A stretch of 12,555 bases of DNA from Fonticula alba ATCC 38817 (lineage: Eukaryota > Protista > Nucleariida), in the NCBI GenBank assembly GCA_000388065.2, contig KB932203.1. One strand, written 5' to 3'. Shown here in pieces: positions 1 to 9,284 of this stretch. Within the stretch, counting starts at the first letter, position 1, and every line of letters starts with the position of its first letter. A program made the translations under genes and the position numbers. The notes beneath the pieces were generated by a model, which saw nothing but the letters and a program-made list of their open reading frames with translations, had not been told where the DNA came from and made no database searches.

Positions 1-1546
1 CTGCACCAGGAACCGGATGGTCGAGTCGAAGTCCCCAACACGATACAGCAGCATGACCTGCTTCTTGGGCAGGCGGGTCAGCAGGTAGCCCACCGCGCCA
101 ACCGGATCGGCGATGGCCTCCACGCGGACACAGTTCCGCAGGACGATGGACGGGTCGACCGTGGCGTCGTCACCGGTGAACAGGATGCCCGGGCAATCCA
201 GCAGACGGATGTTCTTGTCCAGGATGACCTCCTGCGCGGTCTTGGTGAAGCCGGCCACCGCGCCGACGCCGCACACGCGCGACCGCCGCAGCGAGTTGAT
301 GAGGGACGACTTGCCGACATTCGGGAAGCCCACCACACCCACGCGCAGGCTGGTCTTGATGTCGTGGCTGCGGCTGTAGTTCTTCAGCAGGCGAATCAGC
401 GAGTCGGCACCCAGGCACTCGGAGGTGGTGATGGCGGCGCTGTCATCCGACCCGCCGGACGAGGCAGCCGCATTCAGGGCCCCGGACGACCCGTGGCCGA
501 TGTTGGTCCGCTGCTGCTGGGTGCTGGCCTTGAAGGCGATGGTCGGGAACTCATGGCTCAGGTACTTGATCCAGGCCTCGACATTCTTGCGCGGCACCAG
601 GTCCACCTTGTTCAGGACCAGGATGATCTTCTTGTCGCCGCCGCCGGCCTTGAGGATCATCTCCTCGATCTGGGGCGACCGGCAGCCCAGCGGGTCGCGC
701 GCGTCCAGCACCTGCAGGATGACATCGGCCGCCTCGACCACCTTGCGGAACTCCCGGTAGTACGCCCGGCGGGAGTTGTCATTCACCTGGAGCCCGGCCT
801 CGCCCTGCATGCTGCGCTGGGCGTCGGTGCTCTTGCGGCGCTGCTCGCGCTCGGACTGGGCCGCGCGGCGCTCGGCCCGCTGCTGCAGATCCTCCACCGT
901 GCGGGCCTCCTCCTCCAGGAGGGCCTCCTCGCGCTTCAGCTGCGAAGCCTGGATCTGCTTGGCGCGATACGCCTCGCGCTTGGCCTCGCGATCGATGCGG
1001 GCCTGAGGGGCCGGCGGCCGGTGTCAGTCACACATGCCGAGCAGGAAGGCCGGGCGCCCGGCCGGCACACGAAGGGCCCCGCGCGGAGGGGACACGCACC
1101 TGCTCCTTGGCCTCGAGCACCTGCTGGACCAGGCGGTCCTTGAAGGGCCAGAGGGACGGAATGCCGGGGTCCTTCTTGACTGCAGGTCGGGAGGTCAGTA
1201 TGTCTGATGGCCGGGGGTGGGCCGCCGGAGGAAAGCAACAACAAAAAGGACCCAGGGGGGGGGGGGGGGCTTTGGAGCATGGCAGGAGGGCAGCCCGAGG
1301 GGAAGCACGCACGGCGGTGGGTGTTGGGGTTGGCACGCGCGGCCTTCTTGGCCTTGCGGTTGTGATCGCGCACATTGCGGGCGATCTTGTACTTGAGGTA
1401 CGCCGACATGCGGTTCGAGCCGTGCTCTGGGGATCGACGAGCGCATGTTAGAGCAGGGCCACGGGGAGCCGGGTGTATGTGCGGCATGCGGGACAAGGGA
1501 GCCGGGGCAAATCTGGGCAACGCCGAAACGCACTCTTGGGGACCAT
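1..1546 (-). CDS. GNL3: Nucleostemin/Nug1/Grn1-family nucleolar GTPase (GNL3/GNL3L-like), 3'-partial. Exons in transcript order: 1534-1546, 1313-1426, 1100-1179, 1-1002 (continues beyond window)
   Basis: The spliced translation starts MVPKKHGSNRMSAYLKYKIARNVRDHNRKAKKAARANPNTHRLKKDPGIPSLWPFKDRLVQQV, the basic GN3L/Grn1 N-terminal domain with the KDPGIP motif. A charged coiled coil follows, then YYREFRKVVEAADVILQVLDARDPLGCR and permuted G-motifs in order G4 NKVD (601-612), G1 GFPNVGKS (308-331), G3 DCPG. The ATG context is ACCATGG. All three introns are GTGCGT...CAG with CTAAC/CTGAC branch-like sites 13-19 nt upstream of the AG, and phases (1,1,0) are consistent. Family assignment is from recognised motifs, not a database search. 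Confidence 0.93.
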
Positions 1547-1571
1547 GGTGCGTTCGTTCGTGGAAACAACT

Positions 1572-1736
1572 CTGCGGACAGGAGGGGGGGGGGGGGGGGG
1601 GGGTCAACAAGGGACACGCGCGGGGGGGGGGGGGAGTGAGGGAGAGTGAGGGAGAGGGAGAGAGGGAGAGGGAAAAGCAAGGCAGAGGGGGAGAGATACA
1701 TGGAAAAAGGCTACAGAACGAAAGGGGGTGACCCAC
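1572..1736 (-). other. Probable 5'-UTR intron of the GNL3-family gene
   Basis: On the minus strand there is an AG|GTGGGT donor at 1736, a CT/poly-C body like the coding introns, a TTGAC branch-like site (1603-1607) and a CAG acceptor (AG at 1573-1572), 25 nt upstream of the ATG. Its 165 nt length is typical of the other introns. It is predicted only. Confidence 0.5.
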
Positions 1737-2207
1737 CTCGCGCCGAGAATGCCCCCCGGGCCCGGGCCTCTTCACATGGAGGGGCCGAGAAGGGAGCCCG
1801 GTACGCGGGGCCAGTTTCCCCCGCCCCGGCCGGGCCTGGCCGCCAACACGCGTGTCCCCCCCCCCCTCCCCCCACCCACCCCGTCACACGCACGGCGGCG
1901 CAGGGACAAGGGCGGGAGATGGGCGGACGCCGCCCGGCACACCACCACACGGGCCACCCGCGCCGGCCGGTGTCTGTGTCCGCCCCGGTTCCCTCGCTCC
2001 CCCGGCGACCGGGAAACCCGAAAGAGAGCCCCCCCCCCCGCCGGAGAAAACCACCGCGAAGCAATGGGGGACGCGGGGGCGGCGCGCGGACGTGCGCGGC
2101 ACGGCCCGCGAAGGGCGCCGCATGGCCAGCGTCGTGATCACTGTGCGTCGGCAGTCTATTGTGTGTATTGGGGGCGCCAGGTGCCAATGGAGTGCGGGTG
2201 GCCGCGG

Positions 2208-3635
2208 CTACTTGCGGCTCTTCTTCTGGGCCGGGGGGCGGGCCGCGTCGGCAGCTGCGGCCGCAGCCACGCCCGGCCGCTTGGCCTTGCGCTTGGTCTC
2301 CAGCTCATCAAACTGCCCGGACATCATGGTCTTCGGGGGGGGGGGGGGCGGGTGTCGTGGCCATCGTTCGTGGTCACCAAGCAGGGCCAGGGGAGAGGGG
2401 GGCACATCGTGTGAGTGTGTGCCAGTGGGCGCGGGGCGGCAATAAAGGGGGGCGGGGGCGTCCCCGCCCGGCAGCAACGGAGGGGCGAAAGGGAGAGAGG
2501 GGCAAACGCGTACCGACACGGCCTGCTTCTGGGCCGCCATGATGGTGTTCAGGCCACGCAGGACCTCGGGCTCGGAGACCTCCAGCTCGTCCATCTTCTG
2601 TCCGACGCGCGCCTCAATCGCATGAACCAACTCAATGTCGGTCTCGGTGATGAGGGTGACCGAGCGACCGGCCCGGCCGGCACGACCGGCACGACCGATC
2701 CGGTGGATGTAGTCCGTCGGGGCGGCCGGCACGTCGTAGTTGATGACCGCATGGACGTGGGGGATGTCGAGACCACTGTGTTTTGCGGGGGGAGGGACGG
2801 GGCGGAGACAGTTGGCGGATCGGATGAGAGGGTGCCAAGAAATAAGAAAGGGGATGGCGGGGGGCGGGNNNNNNNNNNNNNNNNNNNNNNNNNNNNNNNN
2901 NNNNNNNNNNNNNNNNNNNNNNNNNNNNNNNNNNNNNNNNNNNNNNNNNNGGGGGGGAAGGGGTGCGTGCAAGGGAATGGGCAGGCACGCACCGACTGGC
3001 CACATCGGTGCAAATCAGCACGCGGGCCTGCTTCGACCGGAAGCGGTTGAGCGCCACCAGACGCTCGCGCTGCGACATGGCCGAGTGCAGGCAAGCCGGC
3101 GGGGACTCGGTGAAGTCATCGGACCCGGTGGCCTGCGTGTCGGCATCCTCATCACCAACAGCGTAGTTCAGCGAAGCGCTCTTCTTGAGGGCCCCCTTGG
3201 AGGTGGCCTCCCGGAGATTGCGCTTCCGGCTGGCGGCCGCGGCCGGGCCCTTCAGCCGGGCCGACGAGGGGACCAAGTGGGCCGGCGGCTCGGCGAACAG
3301 CTGGCCCAGCATCAGTCGAAGCTTCTCGGCCGTACTGCCACAGCAGGGCAAGAGCCACGGTCCATCGGGAGGAGGAGGGGGGGGGGAGAGAGGCATATTA
3401 GGGGACAGACCGGGCGCAAGGGGAAAAGAAACACCAATCGCGCCAGGAAGGAAGGGGCAGGAGGAGGGGACAGGCGGGCGAGACGCACCGGCGGCGACCG
3501 ACGAAAATGAGCACCGATTTCCCCTTCAGCACGCAGGCCACAATGTGGTACAGGTAGGCGTCCTTCACGGTGGACGGGATGAAGACATAACGCTGGTCCA
3601 GGCCGGGTGGGACAATGTGCCTGATCGAGCGAGAT

Positions 3636-3675
<40 letters not shown>

Positions 3676-4671
3676 CGGGCGGGAGGAGGGCGGGGAATGG
3701 GGAAAGGGTGAGCTGGGCGCACAGCTGGGCGGGCAAAGGGCAGGCGCCAGGAAGCGCAGGGGGGGGGGGGGAAGGGGGCCGAGAGCGAGGGATGGAGCGA
3801 GGAAAGGAAGGAGGATGGCGCGCGTACTCGATGGTGCTCTGATGCAGGAAGGGGTCCGCCACAAGGGGCCCGCCGAAGGCCTTGATCATGGACTGGGCCA
3901 GGTCCGACATGCGGGACCCGGCCTCGGCCGTGTCACTGGCCGCCGAGAGGACCGCCTCAATGGCGGCCCCGGTCATGGTGGCCGAGAAGAGGAGCGTCTG
4001 CCGGCGGGCCTGGCCCAGGGCATTGACACGCGGGCCGAGGGCGCCAATGATGGTGGCCGTGTCACTGCCGGTGAAGCCGCCATTCAGGGACCCCGGGCCG
4101 TCCGGCGCCAACAGCGCGTCCACCTCATCCAGCACCAGGTATCGGACCTTGCGCAGGCCGGTCGGGCCGAAGGCATCCGGCGCGCTGCGCAGCACGTCCG
4201 CCAGCCGCCCCGGAGTGGCCACAATGACGTGCGGGCGCTGAGCAATGGCCTTGGTCTGATAAAGCATATCTGCGCGGGTGGAGAGGGTGTGGATGGGAGG
4301 GTGAGGGGGGGGGGGGGGGGAAAGGAGAAAGATCCGGGAGGTCGCATGTGTTTGGGCGGGCCTGGCCGCGCTGCGGCCCGGGATAAGGAGCCGCTGGTGG
4401 GCAGATTGCCGCCGCCGCCCCAAGGCCGACGCCCGGGGTGATGTTGCACTTTGGGCGGGCATTTTCCGTATACATGGCGCTCGGGCGGGGGGGCGGAGAG
4501 GGCGGATCAGTTTATCAGGTTGAGGGATCAACCGGGCAGGAGGAGAGCCGCGGTGAACGCACCGACACCGCCGACCACCGTCTCGCAGCGAAGACCGATG
4601 GTCTTGCCGAAGACAGCGAACTGCTCGGTGATTTGGTGAGCCAGCTCACTATGGGGGCATGATTGCATGTA

Positions 4672-4706
<35 letters not shown>

Positions 4707-5282
4707 GGGGGGGGAGAAAGAATGAAAGAGCCAAAGACAGGACGCCCGTGGGCGGACGGAGGTGCCAAAGAGGGGGCAGCAGGAAACGGCAGGAGCCGAG
4801 GGCCGGACACCGCCAGGGCGCACCGGGTGGGGGTCAGAACCAGAGCATACACGCCGTACGGGTCCTCGGAAAGGGTCTGCAGGATGGGCAGCGCGAAGGC
4901 GGCCGTCTTACCGGAACCGGTGGGCGCGCTGGCAACGCAATCGCGGCCTGTTTCGAACAAAGGCCGAGAAAGAGGGGGCGACGCAAAGGCGACAGGGGGT
5001 CAACCAACAAAGCTCCAGAAAAGCGGGGGGGGGAGGGGGGGCGGGGGGAGGGAGGGAGAGAGAGAGAGAGAGAGAATCGGACGAGAGACCGGCGAGGGAC
5101 AGGGGGGGGAGGAGAAAGCCCGCATAAGGCAAGGGCGCACCCTTCAGAATGGCCGGGATGGAGGCAGCCTGCACGGGAGTGGGGGCACTAATGCCCACCC
5201 CGGCAAGGGCGGCCTGGAGCCAGGGCTTCACGCCGAGCTCGGCGAAAGAGGCCGGGGGCGGGGGCGCAGCATCGGTCGACAT
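2208..5282 (-). CDS. DDX49: DEAD-box RNA helicase, DDX49/Dbp8 type (40S biogenesis), 550 aa. Exons in transcript order: 5141-5282, 4824-4947, 4563-4648, 3828-4269, 3489-3620, 2993-3334, 2514-2775, 2208-2330
   Basis: The full motif set is in order: Q-motif (FAELG...PTPVQ), I APTGSGKT, Ia PTRELA, GG, Ib TPGRL, II DEVD, III SAT, IV VLIFV, QxxR (SQRER), [21 protein letters not shown]. Segments typical of DDX49/Dbp8 are [37 protein letters not shown] and [10 protein letters not shown]. Seven GT-AG introns with phases 1,2,1,2,2,2,0 join into 1653 nt ending at TAG 2208-2210. The ORF-track start at 5300 is a GTG, so the first ATG is 5282. Confidence 0.92.
2869..2950. other. Assembly gap (82 N) in DDX49 intron 6
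   Basis: Run of N flanked by G tracts. Confidence 0.99.
3641..3672. repeat. (GA)16 microsatellite in DDX49 intron 4
   Basis: Read directly from the sequence; it is (TC)n on the sense strand, near the acceptor. Confidence 0.95.
4672..4714. repeat. Compound (TG)9(AG)8 + poly-G microsatellite in DDX49 intron 2
   Basis: Read directly from the sequence. Confidence 0.9.
5056..5075. repeat. (GA)10 microsatellite in DDX49 intron 1
   Basis: Read directly from the sequence. Confidence 0.9.
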
Positions 5283-5372
5283 CGGGAGTAGGCGTGCCAC
5301 GGGTCACGGTGAGAGGGAGACGCAGAGAGAAGGCCGGGGGCGGGGCGGGGGGGGGGGGGGGGGGGGGGGGGG

Positions 5373-5622
5373 NNNNNNNNNNNNNNNNNNNNNNNNNNNN
5401 NNNNNNNNNNNNNNNNNNNNNNNNNNNNNNNNNNNNNNNNNNNNNNNNNNNNNNNNNNNNNNNNNNNNNNNNNNNNNNNNNNNNNNNNNNNNNNNNNNNN
5501 NNNNNNNNNNNNNNNNNNNNNNNNNNNNNNNNNNNNNNNNNNNNNNNNNNNNNNNNNNNNNNNNNNNNNNNNNNNNNNNNNNNNNNNNNNNNNNNNNNNN
5601 NNNNNNNNNNNNNNNNNNNNNN
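5373..5622. other. Assembly gap (250 N) upstream of DDX49
   Basis: Run of N after a long poly-G. Confidence 0.99.
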
Positions 5623-6384
5623 GGTTCGGTGGGTCCGGGGGCCAGCCCGGAGCGCGATGCGGCCGCTCTTGTCCGCCACACGGGAAAACGCAGAGGGGGC
5701 GAGGATCAGGGCGCGATCTGCCCGCCCCGTTGAGTGTCCTCTGCCCCCGCGTGTGCGGCGATCACCCCCCCCCCCCCCCAGGGAAGAGGGGGGCCGTTGC
5801 TCGCCAGGGAGAGCCACGATGAGCCCTTTCCGCCTTTTCCATGTCGGCCGGCGTGATTCACGGCTCGCCAACGGACGCCCACGATCGTTGGGACTGTCCC
5901 GGGGGGGGGGGCACCGATGCCAGGACGCCGGCGGCCGACACACATCCCCTCCGTAAGGGGGGGGGGGGCCGGGTCCGACTGTTCTACGTCGCTGGTCGCT
6001 CGAGGCAGCAGCAGGGTTCAGATAATGCGCGGATTATTATTGTGGGGGTTTTCCCCCTCGCTCGCACATTCGTACGTGCGAAGAACACGGCGCAGAGAAG
6101 GCGAGAGCGAGAGAGAAAGCGAGCGAACGGAACAGGGGGATGTGGCTGGATGCGGACAAGCTCCCCGATGGGGTGCCCCCGGCACACGAAGATGCCACTG
6201 CATGCGCGCGTGTCTTTGCAATCGGCCGGTCGCTGAAAAGCGGTCCCCTCGCCGGGGGTCTACCCGCATGTGGAGTCACCCGGGTCCTCGCCCCTCCTGC
6301 TGTTGCTTGTCCCCTGTGCTCGCCCTGTCCCTGGTCCACCCTCCCCTGCGGCCTGCACCTTCCCCCTATCTCGATCTGCCCCCC

Positions 6385-6607
6385 NNNNNNNNNNNNNNNN
6401 NNNNNNNNNNNNNNNNNNNNNNNNNNNNNNNNNNNNNNNNNNNNNNNNNNNNNNNNNNNNNNNNNNNNNNNNNNNNNNNNNNNNNNNNNNNNNNNNNNNN
6501 NNNNNNNNNNNNNNNNNNNNNNNNNNNNNNNNNNNNNNNNNNNNNNNNNNNNNNNNNNNNNNNNNNNNNNNNNNNNNNNNNNNNNNNNNNNNNNNNNNNN
6601 NNNNNNN
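6385..6607. other. Assembly gap (223 N) upstream of SGF11
   Basis: Run of N between poly-C tracts. Confidence 0.99.
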
Positions 6608-6629
6608 CCCCCCCCCCGTCTCCCCAACC

Positions 6630-8237
6630 ATGGGACCCCGCACGACGTCGCCAGCCGGCCCTGCTGGCGGCCGAGCATCTGGGGCTGGGCGCCCGATCGG
6701 CCGGCCGCGGGTTCACCCCTCCTCGAGCGGGCGGTCGCATCCGTTGGCGGCGCCGGCGGCCGCCGCACCGGTGGCTCCCGCCCCGGCGGCGATCTCCCCC
6801 TCGCCCGGCGTGGCCGCCAGCCCCGACCACACCGAGCTCCTGGACTTCGAGACGGCCCTCCGACACAAGGACGCCCAGGCGCGTCTTCTCCGCCAGCGGG
6901 TCGCCTCGCTGACTGACGTGAGCCTGCTGCTGTCGGGGCGGTCGGCGGCCCGGCGTCCGGCCGCGTCGGCCGGCGCCGGCCGCGAGTATGTTAACACCTC
7001 ACGCGGGGCCGTTGTACGTGTTTAGCGCGGTCGCCGGGGCCCGGGCGACCAGCGGGCGCCCCCCCCCCCCCCCCTCGGGCCCTGCCCTCTGCATGTCCCC
7101 TTCGCTTGCTGCCGTTATTCTTCATGCCCCCCCCCCATTCCCCCATGGCGTCTCACCTCCCACCCGCTCGTGTGTTCCCCGGCCTCTGCCCGCCCGTGCA
7201 CCAGGCCTTCCGCCTGCTGAGCGACCTGGTGGACGAGATCATCACCGATGTGGCCCTGTCCGTTCACCGGCGCAGCACCCTCGAGGGCTTCGCGCTCGGG
7301 CAATTTGCCGGATCGCTGACGCGCGGGCCGACCGGCGATCTCGCCGACAACGGCCCCGGCGCCAGCCCCGGGTCTGCTTCTTCCTGGCAGCAGCGTTCTC
7401 CGGCCGGCGGGGCCAGGCCCGGGCCAGGCCCGTGGCCCTGCACGGCCGACGACTTGCACCGGGTGCAGACCCTGCTGGAGATGCCGCTGTGCCCGCCGCT
7501 GTTGCCGGTGGCCGAGGCCCTGACCCCGGGGCTGGCGCCGGATGGGGGGGATCCGCCCGAGGAGACGGGGCTGGTGCTGGCCGGGAAGCTGTCCCTCGGG
7601 CTGCCGGCCCTGTTGGCCGATGCCTTCCAGCAGGATGCCAGTGACACCTTTGTGTGCGACCATTGCGGCCGGCCGGCGCATGCCTCGCGCTATGCCTCGC
7701 ATCTGGAGAAGTGCCTCGGCGTCGGGGGCCGTGGCCTGGCCGGGGCCGGGCGGCGGTCGCGATCGGCCACGGCCGCGGCGGCGGCCGCCTCCTCCTCCTC
7801 CACATCGCCCTGTTCCGCCGGCGCCGGAGGCCCCGCCGGGCATGGGAGCCGGCCCGCCTCCCCGGCCTCCGGCCATCCGGACGCCGGGACACACTCGCCC
7901 TCGCACGCCACCGCGCACGGGGGGATACCTCTCTCGGCGGGCAGCCCGTCACCCGTGGGCCGCGGGGGTGTCCTGCCGTTGGTGGTCAACACGGCGGCCA
8001 TGGCGGCGGCGGCGGCGGCGGCTGCTGCTGCTGCGGCGGCGGCGGCGGCAGCCGAGCGCGGCGACGCACCGCGGCTGGCCACCGGACGCAAACGTACCCG
8101 CTCCGCCGGCAGCAGCAGTGGCGGCAGCGGAAGCGGGAGCGGCAGTGGCAGCGGGAGCGGCAGCTCCTCCTCCTCGCCGACAATGTCCGGCTCGACGGGC
8201 TCCACGTCTGCCGGTCTTCCTACGAGCCCTTCGCCTT
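6630..8237 (+). CDS. SGF11: SAGA deubiquitination-module subunit SGF11/ATXN7L3-like, 3'-partial. Probable exons 6630-6917 and 7205-8237, with further exon(s) likely in the gap 8356-9094
   Basis: The Sgf11 zinc finger CDHCGRPAHASRYASHLEKCLG lies at 7655-7720 and matches the CxxC-x-R-xx-ASR-[FY]-xxHLEKC-x-G pattern. The Sgf11-type N-terminal helix LLSDLVDEIITDVALSVHR opens exon 2. The ATG at 6630 is in ACCATGG context. The phase-0 donor GTGAGC (6918) fits the CAG acceptor at 7202-7204. A GTGCGT donor at 8238 and a GCTGAC branch-like site at 8344-8349 precede the gap. The exon 1 boundary is less certain than the zinc finger. Confidence 0.8.
8003..8053 (+). repeat. Trinucleotide repeat encoding 17 alanines in SGF11
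   Basis: (GCG)6(GCT)4(GCG)5 GCA GCC, in frame with the zinc finger. A Gly-Ser repeat follows at about 8120-8165. Confidence 0.9.
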
Positions 8238-8355
8238 GTGCGTCACTCCTCGGAGTTGCTCTCTGCCTTGCGGCATCTTCGATGCACCCCCCCCCCCACA
8301 CCTATGGGCCCCTTTTCTCTCTCTGCCTTCCAGTTACTCACTCGCTGACTCGCTC

Positions 8356-9094
8356 NNNNNNNNNNNNNNNNNNNNNNNNNNNNNNNNNNNNNNNNNNNNN
8401 NNNNNNNNNNNNNNNNNNNNNNNNNNNNNNNNNNNNNNNNNNNNNNNNNNNNNNNNNNNNNNNNNNNNNNNNNNNNNNNNNNNNNNNNNNNNNNNNNNNN
8501 NNNNNNNNNNNNNNNNNNNNNNNNNNNNNNNNNNNNNNNNNNNNNNNNNNNNNNNNNNNNNNNNNNNNNNNNNNNNNNNNNNNNNNNNNNNNNNNNNNNN
8601 NNNNNNNNNNNNNNNNNNNNNNNNNNNNNNNNNNNNNNNNNNNNNNNNNNNNNNNNNNNNNNNNNNNNNNNNNNNNNNNNNNNNNNNNNNNNNNNNNNNN
8701 NNNNNNNNNNNNNNNNNNNNNNNNNNNNNNNNNNNNNNNNNNNNNNNNNNNNNNNNNNNNNNNNNNNNNNNNNNNNNNNNNNNNNNNNNNNNNNNNNNNN
8801 NNNNNNNNNNNNNNNNNNNNNNNNNNNNNNNNNNNNNNNNNNNNNNNNNNNNNNNNNNNNNNNNNNNNNNNNNNNNNNNNNNNNNNNNNNNNNNNNNNNN
8901 NNNNNNNNNNNNNNNNNNNNNNNNNNNNNNNNNNNNNNNNNNNNNNNNNNNNNNNNNNNNNNNNNNNNNNNNNNNNNNNNNNNNNNNNNNNNNNNNNNNN
9001 NNNNNNNNNNNNNNNNNNNNNNNNNNNNNNNNNNNNNNNNNNNNNNNNNNNNNNNNNNNNNNNNNNNNNNNNNNNNNNNNNNNNNNNNNNNNNN
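8356..9094. other. Assembly gap (739 N), probably hiding the SGF11 3' end and part of the UNG promoter
   Basis: Run of N. No SGF11 stop codon is visible before it. Confidence 0.99.
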
Positions 9095-9102
9095 GCCCCT
9101 TT

Positions 9103-9152
9103 ATTGGCAGCTCAGGCGTCGGCACCGAGCGTGGAGAGGCCGCGCTACCAAT
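9103..9152 (+). promoter_or_regulatory. Pair of CCAAT boxes upstream of UNG
   Basis: ATTGG at 9103-9107 (reverse CCAAT) and CCAATCG starting at 9148, about 135-180 nt upstream of the ATG. An AT-rich patch follows at about 9177-9192 in otherwise very GC-rich DNA. This is a motif match only. Confidence 0.3.
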
Positions 9153-9284
9153 CGAATCTCCTCCCCGCTCGTTGCATTATTTTTATCATTATTCCGTGCC
9201 TGGTTCCGCGTCGCCCCTTGCACCGTCCGTCATCCCTCCGCTGCATCCCTCCCTCTCTGTCTGGCCTCCCTCCTCCTTTCGGTC

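Noticed and set aside
364-1143. 259-aa plus-strand ORF and other plus-strand ORFs over 113-5291
   Set aside because: These are antisense shadows of the GC3-rich GNL3 and DDX49 exons. Stops are rare on the opposite strand of such codons, and no recognisable motifs are present.
1737-1775. ORF-track start MKRPGPGG..., resembling the human GNL3 N-terminus MKRP
   Set aside because: The codon at 1775 is GTG, and after the predicted leader splice it is out of frame with the real ATG at 1546. The resemblance is coincidental.
4118-4129. DEVD as a caspase-3 cleavage site
   Set aside because: It is simply helicase motif II, buried in the ATPase core.
6044-6057. GGGGGTTTTCCCCC mini-hairpin / NF-kB-like site
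   Set aside because: It is a single short match in a genome full of G and C runs, with no evidence that the factor exists in this organism.
6140-6384. ATG-initiated ORF MWLDADKLPDG... as an upstream SGF11 exon
   Set aside because: There is no donor matching the local consensus, no similarity I recognise, and it runs into a gap. The ATG at 6630 has a better context.
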